Part shown: piece by piece, positions 1-9,474 of the stretch
Numbering within the stretch: position 1 is the stretch's first letter
Layout: the number at the start of each line of letters is the position of its first letter
NCBI GenBank assembly: GCA_002269645.1
Contig: NIVC01000319.1
Coordinates: 124,001-188,000, forward strand
Reading direction: 5' to 3'
Length of the DNA: 64,000 nucleotides
From: Macrostomum lignano
Lineage: Eukaryota
Program-made: the position numbers and the translations under genes
Notes under the pieces: generated by a model
Database searches by the model: none
Told to the model about the DNA's origin: nothing
Seen by the model: the letters and a program-made list of their open reading frames with translations, nothing else

Positions 1-1034
1 GTGCACATGCGACCTACCCTGGCCTCGCATCGGTACAGGGACCCGCATTCTAGGCTGGTTGAGGAGGCCGTGCAGGAGGCGGTGAGCTCTGCTGTTGCTG
101 GGTGACCTGTAGATCAATTTTTTTAGAGTGAGGGGGTGACAGAGTGAGGGGGTGACAGAGTGAGGGGGTGACAGAGTGAGGGGGTGACAGAGTGACGGGG
201 TGACCGAGTGACGGGGTGACAGAGTGACGGGGTGACAGAGTGACGGGGTGACAGAGTGACGGGGTGACAGAGTGAAGGGGTAAAATCATCGATTTTAAGG
301 ATCCTGAGAACAACAAAGTCGCTCCTGCCCCCACGCAGGTCACTCTGGTCAGTCGCGGAGTTCACTCGGTGCTCATCGAGAACATGCATGACGTACCCTA
401 CCAGCGTGCCGAAGAGGCCGGGCCCGAGCTAAGCGTTTCTATGACAACTGTTGCCATGGAGACCAGGCGACGCCTGCCCGACACGCCGCTTGGCGTGCAG
501 ATTCTCTCCGGCTGCAACCGGGCCGCGCTGGCCGTTGCCAAGGCAACCGATCTGGACTTTGTGCGCGCCGAGGGCTTCGTGTTCGCCCACATTGGCGACG
601 AAGGCCTGACGCAGTCCTGCGCGGCCGACCTCCTGCGCTACCGGAGGCAGCTGTTCGCCTCATCAGTCTGGCTGCTGGCCGACGTCAAGAAGAAGCACTC
701 GTCTCATGCCATCACAGCCGATACGGACCTGGCCGAGACCTGCCGGGCGGCCAAATTCTTCTTGACCGACGCTCTGGTTGTCACCGGCCGCGCCACCGGC
801 TGTCCGACGGTGCCAGCCGACGTGGCCGAAGCCGCAGCCGCCGGCCAGCCGCTGCCGGTGTTTGTCGGGAGCGGCGCCAGCGCCAGCGACTTGGCCGGCC
901 TGTGGACAGCAGCTGACGGCTTCATCGTCGGCTCAGCGTTGAAAGCCGGCGGCCGATGGGAGAACGCGGTGGAGCCGAGGCGGGTGGACGAGCTGGTGCG
1001 GGAGCACTCGAGGCTGGCTGCTAGCGGCCTCTGA
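1..1034 (+). CDS. BtpA/SgcQ-family (TIM-barrel) protein, 5'-partial, two exons visible (1-81, 339-1034)
   Basis: Motifs ENMHDVPY, GVQILSG, DFVRAEGFVF, ADVKKKHSSH, D-ALVVTG, VFVGSG and ADGFIVGS-LK-GGRWEN. Exon 1-81 (VHMRP...EEAVQEA) joins in frame through a phase-0 intron GTGAG(82)...CAG(338). Confidence 0.88.
125..280. repeat. 16-bp minisatellite (AGAGTGA[G/C]GGGGTGAC) in the BtpA intron
   Basis: About 9-10 tandem units visible. Confidence 0.95.
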
Positions 1035-1053
1035 AACTTTTGTTCTTGCGGGA

Positions 1054-1616
1054 AGTGACAATTGACTTCCAGTGACATTTGAGTGTCAGTGACAATCGAC
1101 TGCCAGTGACAATTGACTTCCAGTGACAATTGACTGTCAGTGACAATTGACTTCCAGTGACATTTGACTGTCAGTGACAATTGACTGCCAGTGACATTTG
1201 AGTGTCAGTGACAATCGACTGCCAGTGACAATTGACTGCCAGTGACAATTGACTGCCAGTGACATTTGAGTGTCAGTGACAATCGACTGCCAGTGACAAT
1301 TGACTTCCAGTGACAATTGACTTCCAGTGACAATTGACTGTCAGTGACAATTGACTGCCAGTGACATTTGAGTGTCAGTGACAATCGACTGCCAGTGACA
1401 ATTGACTTCCAGTGACAATTGACTGCCAGTGACAATTGAGTGTCAGTGACAATCGACTGCCAGTGACAATTGACTTCCAGTGACATTTGAGTGTCAGTGA
1501 CAATTGACTTCCAGTGACAATTGACTGCCAGTGACAATTGACTTCCAGTGACATTTGAGTGTCAGTGACAATTGACTGTCAGTGACAATTGACTGCCAGT
1601 GACAATTGACTGTCAG
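1054..1616. repeat. 18-21-bp minisatellite (CAGTGACAATTGACTG-type) just after the BtpA stop
   Basis: Tandem units directly visible; the same unit occurs in reverse orientation at 17017-17235. Confidence 0.95.
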
Positions 1617-2255
1617 TTTACAAAATTTGTATCTTATCAGTGCACATTTTATTTTCGCCTTGAAAATAAATTGTGCATGCACTGCAGAACGCGACTGCTA
1701 CGTCACTGCTACAACCGTAACTTTTTAGTGGTCCTTGGCCAGCGTTTCTCTTACACACTCAAGCACGGGGCTCGTACCAGCGCAAGGCGAAACTTGTGAA
1801 ATCGTCTCGTTTTGTCTTTACAAAAAAGCAGACATTGCTTCTATTTTTTAACGAAAATTAGCAAAAAACTCGAATGTCGGCGCGGTCCATGGGCGAAACT
1901 CGAACCCGCCTCCGAATTTGGAAGGAGACAAAGGGATTAGCAAAAAAACGGGCGACAAAAAATCAAGAAAGAAATTCGACAAGCAGCTTCCGGCCTCCTG
2001 GGACCGCCTGCGCGAACTGCAGAGCTGCACCGGCTGGGGAGGGTGGCGGCGCCGCCTTGGCGCCCTCGAACTCGGTGTCGAATTGCAAAAGCGCCGATGC
2101 GTAAGCCCAGCCCGCCTGGCTCAGCAGCCGCTTATCTATCCATTAGTAACTGGATGCGCCGACTGAAGTCGAAGTATTTGAAATCAACGTTTTTCTTAGA
2201 AAATTCAAGAACTTACCGACAGCTTCAGCTTGGGAGGAAGTTTAAAAATGCGTTT

Positions 2256-2612
2256 TGAGGTGCCGGGCGTGTTTTTATGTACTGCACTGCACCTGACTCA
2301 CCTGAGTCCAATATTGAGTAACTCTAACTAGCCAGCCAGCCTAACTAACCAAACCGGCCTACTCCGGTGTACGCTGGTCTGCGTACTTTCTCTCTCCCCC
2401 CCTTGACATGATAATATTCAGTAGTGATCGATTCTGAGTTTTAAGCCCACTTACTTGTTTGTCTTTTAAGCCTATATATTGGTCTCGCCACCTACCACCT
2501 CGTAACTCACTGTCATTGCAATATTTCGCTTGCCTCAAATACACAACCTCGTGCTTGACTCAAACCAAGCCCACGGGCGGCCTTGTCATCGTTTACTGGG
2601 CGCGACTTGACA
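2256..2612 (+). repeat. LTR1 (5')
   Basis: TGAGGTGCC...GACTTGACA, 357 bp, preceded by the TSD. Confidence 0.96.
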
Positions 2613-2974
2613 ATGGCGTCGCAAGCAAACAACTCCGAACTAAACTTGGATGACCCAGACACAGCCGAAGCCTGGCTGCTCAGCTTTGCGGCTGCCGCAC
2701 GAACCAAGAAACTGACGGACACAGAAGAAGATCGGCAGATCACCGACCTATTCCTCGCCAGGGCAGGTCTCAAGGCACTGAGAACGCTGTCCCTCATGGC
2801 TGCCCCGGCCAGCCTGGAGAAAAAACATTTGTACAAATCCGAGACATCATCAAGGAGACAATCCGGCCCAAGAAGCGCCTCGACATTGCCGAACGAGCGA
2901 AATTCCTCGCCCTCAGGCAGGACCCAGGCGAAAGTGTCGCCTCCTACTACCGCCGACTCCGTGCAGCAGCGGCT

Positions 2975-3226
2975 GCACGCGAAGGTGTATTCAGCACGCC
3001 AGTGAAGTATGAGACAGACCAGGCCTAAGGGCTACGGTCTGCGATGCTTCACGCCTGCCCCTATATTCAGCAGGTCAAGGCTGGAGAGGGAGGTCTGCAC
3101 CCGCTATTTGCCACTGGCAGCCGCAGACCCCCCCCCCTCACGCTGTTTCACAAGTCGACCCAGGGTACTCGTCCCCGCGTGTGTTCAAGGCAGACCCTAG
3201 GGCTGCTGGACAGACTGGGCTCCGAC
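2975..3226 (+). ncRNA. Predicted HDV-like self-cleaving ribozyme at the LINE 5' end (large J1/2 insertion)
   Basis: P1 GCACGCG(2975-81)/CGCGUGU(3176-82) with G1-U wobble; P2 CCCA(3159-62)/UGGG(3216-19); P3 GGG(3163-65)/CCC(3173-75); L3 UACUCGU; P1.1 AC/GU; P4 GGCAG(3189-93)/CUGCU(3203-07); candidate catalytic C3211 in C-A-G-A. Folded by hand. Confidence 0.75.
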
Positions 3227-3447
3227 GCTGGCGACCCATCCAGTGGCTTCGGCCGAATTTGGGTATGCGGGTCTGGCTTGCCAGCCTGCAGGCCGTGGTA
3301 CTGCTTAACGTACCCCCTAATGCCTAAGGTGTTTGACCGTGCCGATGGGCTGGAAGGCCGGGGGGTTGTCCGGTCGCTAGCGGTCCTTTTCTTTTTCTTC
3401 TTTCCTCTTTCTTTTGTGACTCAGCTCACTCCTTCCCGCTTTCAGCT

Positions 3448-4913
3448 ATGGCGTCATCCGCCTCTTTAACCCCCGCTGAAGCCGGGGCCCCGGCAACTCC
3501 GGCCGGTGACTCTGGCACCAGCGCCGCCCCACCGGGGGCAGATGGGCTTGCCGCCGGCTCGGCTGGTGACATGCCCGCACGCGCAACCGGGCCCTCCGCT
3601 GAAGCCCGACGCACCCGCAACCAACGCCGCAACGAGCGGCGACGGCGACTACGGGGTACTGCGGGCCGGCCACCGGCGGAAGGGGAACCTAGGGAGGGCG
3701 AGGCTGCTGTTGGGCCGAAAGGAACCACAGCAACCCCTGCCCCCCAGGATACAACCCCCGCTGGTGAGCCACCCAGTATACCTGCTACAAGCGCGGCCGG
3801 GCCTTCGGGAACCGCCGCCACCAACTACGCCTCAAAGGTCAAGCTCCAACCGGCGGTCATCGTCTTCGGGGAAGAGCAGGACCTCACGGCCGACGAGCTC
3901 GACAGTGCCTGGCGCACCATCGATGCTGCGCTCATCGACCAGCTCCTGGCGGGCCGCCCTGTGAGCGTGGTCAAGTCTGCCAAGACCGACGGCTGCATCT
4001 TCATCTGGTGCAGCTCGGAGGAGAGCAGCCGCAATCTACGCGAGCTTCTGCAAAGCTGAACTGGCCCAAGAAGCTCGGCAAGCTCGTCTTCGCCAGCGAG
4101 GGCGAACGACAGAAGACCCAGCGCTTTCGCGTCTGGATCCCGGCCGGCAGTGCCATTAAGTCCGGAGATCAGCTTAGGCAAATATTGCTAAAGCTGCACC
4201 CCGACCTTAAGGTCAACGGGCTCCTACACCACGCCACTTCCCGCAAGGAGAAGGGGGCTACGGTGATCCTAGGGCTCTCTGATGACTGGGCTAAGCGCTT
4301 GCCGCCTAAGTCCACAATTCATATTGGTCTGACTCAGCTGACCATCCTCCGTTGCGAGGAGCGGAAAGCTGATGAAGCCAAGAATGCCAAAGCTTCCGAA
4401 ACCGGAACTGGGGCCCAGGCTCCTCCGGCAAAGAAGCCGAGGCAAACGGCCGATCCTATGCCCGGTAAGGCAGTTCGCGCTGCTGAAACCGGAAATCGCA
4501 ATCGCAGACCCGCCAGGAGCACCCGGAGGTCCGGCCTGATCCAGCGCGCGCTGGACCAGGCCAAGAACCTTCGTGCGCATCGTGAGCGGGCCCGCGCTTC
4601 TCGCGCTCCACCCCAACAGCCAGAAGGCCAGACTCTAAGCGGGGAGGCTCCGACCGACTGGTTCGAGTCTGTGACTCACCAGGAGGCTGGCGCCACCCGC
4701 ATCGACCTGACCGACGAGGCAGAGGGGACGGGCAGTGACAGCACCGAAGCACGCAGGAGAGGCGACGGTAACGTCCACGCTGGGCTCACGTCCGCGGAGG
4801 ACTCCACAGCCACCCTAACTGCTGAGGACGCTGAAACTCCCATGGAGGTCTGCGGGTCACCCACCACTGAAAAGGAGGAGGATGACCTGCTCAACGATTC
4901 CCCAACTGCGTGA
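3448..4913 (+). CDS. LINE ORF1 (DUF4780-like domain), split by a 1-nt frameshift at about 4051-4056
   Basis: ORFs 3448-4059 and 4008-4913 join as ...RELLQ|KLNWPKK...FRVWIP...ILLKLHPDL...G-TVILGLS, resembling the DUF4780 pattern of LOA-type ORF1 (recognised by eye). Confidence 0.72.
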
Positions 4914-4915
4914 TA

Positions 4916-7900
4916 ATGATCAGCAACCAGGGAATCCATTGCCTGCAGATTAATCTGCAGCACTGCGTCGCAGCCTCGGTCAACCTTATGCGTTACGCCG
5001 AGCTCGACAAGCCGGGGCTCATCCTCGTCCAGGAACCCTGGACTCTCAGAGGTAAGCCTCAAAACGCCCCTGCTGGCTACAATTGTTTTTATACTTACCC
5101 TCGCGAGGCCAACCAGCCTCCCAGAGCTTGCATCTTTGCGAGCAAAACGCTCAGTGCGTGGCTCAGATCGGACCTGTCCAACAGGGACATCTGCGTCATC
5201 CAATCCGAGGACCTTCTTCCTGGGAAGACCACCCTCATTGCCTCGGTTTACCTACCAGGCGATGCTGCGGTCGTCCCCAGAGCCCTCGCTACGCTGGTAG
5301 AGCTCTGCTCTGCCAAAAACTACGAGCTCATGGTTGCCGGCGACATCAACGCCCACCACACTCACTGGGGCAGCACTGGCATTAATCAGAGAGGCGAAGA
5401 CCTCCTAGCCTACGTTGCCTCTACGACCCTCGAGTTCTGCAACTCTGGGTCCACCCCTACCTTTGACAACGGACGGTGGTCGGAGGTGATCGACGCTACG
5501 CTCGCAACGCCCAGACTCTACCAGAGTATTGGGGCGTGGCGGGTGCTTCCAGTGTCCTCACTATCGGATCACAAGTTCATCTCCTTCAACCTAATGGCCG
5601 CGCGTAGCGCAACTCGTGTTATGTGGAGACGGAACGCCAGAAATACGGATTGGGAAACCTTCGGGCTCGCCCTGAAGGAATTCCATCGGTCTCCTGGCCA
5701 ACCATCCACGATCACGTCGTGCCGAGAGGCGGATGAGTGCGCGACTGTTTTGACAGAGACGCTAACCGCCGCCTTTGAGGCGTCCTGCCCTTTAAAAGCC
5801 TATAAAGGGAAAAAATCGGCGCCGTGGTGGAATCCCGAGCTCGGCAACCTCCGTCGCAGGGCTAAGAGACTCCACCGCAGAGCAACTAAAACTAAGAGCC
5901 CTGCAGACCAAACCGCCTATCATGAAGCAATTCATGAGTTTAAAAGGCAGGTTAGGAATGCAAAGGCTCAAAAATGGCGACAATACTGTGAGGAGCTAGA
6001 GGGCTCACGCCCCACCTCCAGAGTTGTGAAAGCGCTCACGCTGGACAAAATGTCTAAGCTCTCCTCGGTCAAACGCACCGACGGTACGTCCACGGACAAC
6101 CCAGGGGAAACGCTTGATGTAATGCTCACTGCGTTTTTCCCTAACGAGCCAGCTAACCAGACCACTCCGGATCACTCGGAGGGAGGTCACGCGCTGGCTG
6201 CATCTATCATCACGGAGGACCGCATTGTGAGAGCGGCAAATTCCTTCAAGCCTTTCAAAGCCCCAGGACCCGACGGCATTGTACCGGCCCTTCTAAGAGA
6301 GGCGGTTAAATGCCCAGGCTTCCTGCGCAAACTTTGCAGCCTTCTTCGGGCATGCATCACGCTTGGTTATGTCCCGCAGGCATGGACCGAGGCAAAGGTG
6401 ATCTTTATCCCTAAGCCAGGCCGCCCGGACTACCATTCTATCAAATCCTTCAGACCGATCAGCTTGACCTCCTCCCTGGTCAAGCTGATGGAGAGACTGG
6501 TGCTTTGGCGCCTTCTCTCTGTTGAGCTGAAGAACAAACCTCTCAGCGAGAACCAGCACGCTTTTCGGGCGGGTCGCTCCACTGAAAGCGCGCTGCACGT
6601 CCTGGTCGATAAACTCGAGAAGGCCGTGCTTGGTAGTGGCTTTGCTCTGGGGATCTTCCTGGACATCATTGGCGCCTTCGATAACGTCCTCTTTGAGGCG
6701 TTCCGAAGAGCTCTTTGTGAGAGGCTAACGCACTCACATCTCACCAGATGGATCATGTACATGATCAGCCATCGCACGGCCACCGCCAGTCTGCTGGGCT
6801 ACCAGAGGACGGTCCCCGTCTGCAAAGGTAGCCCGCAAGGTGGGGTGCTGTCTCCAGTTCTCTGGAATATGGTCATTGATGAGCTCCTCCGGGATGTTCG
6901 GCCTGACCCCATTCTGAAAGTTGGATATGCGGACGATGTCACCGCGGTGGCATCTGGTCCGTCCCCTGATACCCTCAGGGACCTTCTTCAGAACTTCATC
7001 TACGCTGCTGAGCAATGGGCGGACCGCTGTGGTTTAAGGCTCTCTGAGACTAAGACCGCAGCGATCATGTTCACCAGCAGGACCAAGTGGCAGATTCGGC
7101 CGCTCACGCTTTACGGAAGGGAAATCCCCTTCTGCAAGCAGACTAAATGTCTGGGTATTACCCTGGACCACAGGCTGAACTGGTCTCCCCACGTTCAAAC
7201 AAAAGCCAAAAAGGCCTTCGCAGTCCTCGCGCAATTGCGCAGGGCCGTCGGCACCACCTGGGGGCTCACCCCCAAGCGCCTCTGGTGGATCTACACTGCA
7301 ATGGTTAGGCCCGCTATCTCGTATGGCGGCCTGATCTGGGCTAGCGCCCTGCAGATAAAGACCTGTCTAGAGGCTCTCAGGAGAGCGCAAGGGCGCGCTT
7401 GTCGCACGATCATGAGCGCCCCTCCGTCTGCTCCTTACGATGGCCTCAACGCCTTCCTCAACATTCCTCCGCTGGACATCTTTGTCCGCAGGGAAGCGGC
7501 TAAGACTGCCCGCCGTCTAGCTGACGCTGGCATTCGAATCCAGCCCCATAGGGCCATGGCTAAGCGCAAGCTTCTGCCCCACGCTGACCTCTGCCTCAAG
7601 GACTTGAGAGACAGCGGCGGGCTCCACGTCCTATCTGACGGCGAACCCCGCACTCTCAACCTCTTTCAGCGCTACAAGGTCACCATCCCCTCTAGGGATG
7701 CTGCCAATGACCACTGGAATTTCCAGGAGGTCCATTGCTACACGGACGGATCCATCAAAGACGGTCGCGCCGGCTTTGGGGTCTGCATCATCATCAACGG
7801 CCGCGTAATTGCCACGCATGCCCAGCACACTGGTAGACTCTCCACAGTCTTCCAGAACGAAGTCCTTGCCATCAGCTCTTGCGCTGCAGAGCTAAACGCC

Positions 7901-8620
7901 AAGGTTACGAGAGGAAAGACTATTGTCATCCACTCCGACAGCCAAGCGGCCTTACAGGCCCTTTGCCACACCACAACGAACTCCCGGACAGTCGCCGACT
8001 GCGCCCGGCAGCTCAACCTCCTGGCCAGAAGCAATACTGTCAGGCTGAAGTGGATCCCAGGGCACGCAGGGTTTCCGGGGAACGAGCTGGCAGACACCCT
8101 CGCCAAGAGGGGCGGCTCTGGCTCTTTTTTCGGCCCTGCCCCCCTGGTCCCTATGCCCTTGACAGTCATCAATCGTCAGATCGACGACTGGGCTGACTCC
8201 CTCCACAGGGACAGATGGGCGGGCACCCAAAACTGCCGGCAATCTCGTGCCGCGGTTCCTTGCCCGTCTCACAGGCTCAGAAACATCCTTCTGAACCAGA
8301 ATCGGAAGGATATTCGAGCCCTTGTCATGACCCTTACCGGCCATGGCTACCTCGCCAGGCACTGCTTCCTCCGAGGCGACCTCGAGAGCGAAATTTGCCC
8401 CTTTTGCGAGTGCGACAATGAAGATGCTCAGCACTTTGTCTGTCACTGCCCTTTCTTTAACAGAGACCGGCTACGCTACCTCGGGCCGAACCCGTCCATT
8501 GACGAGGTTTGCCAGCCCGACAGCATCCCACGGCTCATCCAGTTCCTTCGGGCGACTAGACGAGCCAGTTTCTTCCCAACGGAAGATCACGCTGCAGGAC
8601 GGACCGGCGGACCACCCTGA
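4916..8620 (+). CDS. LINE ORF2: AP endonuclease, reverse transcriptase, RNase H, C-terminal CCHC knuckle
   Basis: QINLQH, LVQEPW, GDINAHH, SDH (APE); KAPGPDG, FRPISL, PQGGVLSP, YADD (RT); YTDGS, VFQNEVLAI, SDSQAAL, WIPGHAG..GNELAD (RNase H); CPFC..ED..HFVCHC. Uninterrupted; first ATG at 4916. Confidence 0.97.
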   Translation: MISNQGIHCLQINLQHCVAASVNLMRYAELDKPGLILVQEPWTLRGKPQNAPAGYNCFYTYPREANQPPRACIFASKTLSAWLRSDLSNRDICVIQSEDLLPGKTTLIASVYLPGDAAVVPRALATLVELCSAKNYELMVAGDINAHHTHWGSTGINQRGEDLLAYVASTTLEFCNSGSTPTFDNGRWSEVIDATLATPRLYQSIGAWRVLPVSSLSDHKFISFNLMAARSATRVMWRRNARNTDWETFGLALKEFHRSPGQPSTITSCREADECATVLTETLTAAFEASCPLKAYKGKKSAPWWNPELGNLRRRAKRLHRRATKTKSPADQTAYHEAIHEFKRQVRNAKAQKWRQYCEELEGSRPTSRVVKALTLDKMSKLSSVKRTDGTSTDNPGETLDVMLTAFFPNEPANQTTPDHSEGGHALAASIITEDRIVRAANSFKPFKAPGPDGIVPALLREAVKCPGFLRKLCSLLRACITLGYVPQAWTEAKVIFIPKPGRPDYHSIKSFRPISLTSSLVKLMERLVLWRLLSVELKNKPLSENQHAFRAGRSTESALHVLVDKLEKAVLGSGFALGIFLDIIGAFDNVLFEAFRRALCERLTHSHLTRWIMYMISHRTATASLLGYQRTVPVCKGSPQGGVLSPVLWNMVIDELLRDVRPDPILKVGYADDVTAVASGPSPDTLRDLLQNFIYAAEQWADRCGLRLSETKTAAIMFTSRTKWQIRPLTLYGREIPFCKQTKCLGITLDHRLNWSPHVQTKAKKAFAVLAQLRRAVGTTWGLTPKRLWWIYTAMVRPAISYGGLIWASALQIKTCLEALRRAQGRACRTIMSAPPSAPYDGLNAFLNIPPLDIFVRREAAKTARRLADAGIRIQPHRAMAKRKLLPHADLCLKDLRDSGGLHVLSDGEPRTLNLFQRYKVTIPSRDAANDHWNFQEVHCYTDGSIKDGRAGFGVCIIINGRVIATHAQHTGRLSTVFQNEVLAISSCAAELNAKVTRGKTIVIHSDSQAALQALCHTTTNSRTVADCARQLNLLARSNTVRLKWIPGHAGFPGNELADTLAKRGGSGSFFGPAPLVPMPLTVINRQIDDWADSLHRDRWAGTQNCRQSRAAVPCPSHRLRNILLNQNRKDIRALVMTLTGHGYLARHCFLRGDLESEICPFCECDNEDAQHFVCHCPFFNRDRLRYLGPNPSIDEVCQPDSIPRLIQFLRATRRASFFPTEDHAAGRTGGPP

Positions 8621-9474
8621 CCGGCCCCACGCCTCTGCCTGTCTGCGGGCCTTCAGGGGCTAGCGGAATGGGCGACCCTCGCCTCCCCGCTGTGTCTACG
8701 GACCACCCTGCAGCTAAGTCAAGTAAGCAGCAGCGGCTACGTGCAGCTTTGAGAAGCTCGGGACGAAACAGTCAAGCGAGGACGAGCTCATCACCATGCG
8801 GCTCGTGGACGGACTCGCCTCTGTGGACCACAAGCATAGACTGTTGGAGAGAATGCAAGCTACCGACATGCTGCTAAACGAGGTGCTGCAAACACTTGAG
8901 CAACTTGAGCAAATCCGCTGCTACAACACCAGCACCGGGGCCGCTGCCAACACCGAGGCCAGCATCGCCTATGCAGGGCGGCGCGGCACGCCCCCACAGC
9001 CAGCGCCGGACACCAGACCACCGAGGAACATCAGCAAGACGAAGTGCCAATATTGCGGCGGTTTGCACCAGCAAGGCGCATGCCCTGCGTTCGGCAAGCG
9101 GTGCACCGCCTGCAACAAGAAAAACCACTTCGCTGCCGTATGCAGGTCCCGCACCGTGCATCTAGAGACCTGGGAGGAGAACGAAGGCGCCGAGATGGAG
9201 CGAGACACCGCCAACGTCTTCGTCATCAGACCGGAGCGCAGAGAGCGGAACGGCATTTTCCGGCAGGTAAAAATCAACGGCAAGGAGCTGCAAATGCAGG
9301 TAGATACGGGCGCTGATGTGAGTCTCATTCCACGGGGCCACTGGGAGACACTTGGATGCCCAGCACTGAGGAAATCCAGACGAATTCTGAGACAGTTCGA
9401 CGGATCGATCATAAAAACCCTGGGAGAGTTCACTGTTTACGTGGGATGACCAAGAAAAGTTCCGCACAGTCGAC

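Larger units (their letters stand above)
2975..8726 (+). mobile_element. Full-length non-LTR retrotransposon, LOA/R1-like (APE-RT-RNase H-CCHC)
   Basis: 12-bp TSD GCAGCAGCGGCT at 2963-2974 and 8727-8738, absent from the uninterrupted gag of copy 2; 5' UTR, ORF1, ORF2 and a short TAAG/CAAG 3' tail. Confidence 0.95.
2613..9449 (+). pseudogene. gag-protease of copy 1, frameshifted and interrupted by a LINE
   Basis: MASQANN... starts at 2613; frameshift at the A6 run near 2820-2825; interrupted at 2974/8727; resumes to the Zn knuckles (CQYCGGLH..C, CTACNKKNHFAAVC) and VDTGADVS. Confidence 0.9.

Noticed and set aside
123-1682. ORFs running through the 16-bp and 18-21-bp arrays
   Set aside because: Periodic translations of minisatellites; one lies in the BtpA intron.
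1848-2258. GC-rich stretch with several 60-80-aa ORFs on both strands
   Set aside because: No recognisable motif and no consistent splice structure; strand cannot be decided.
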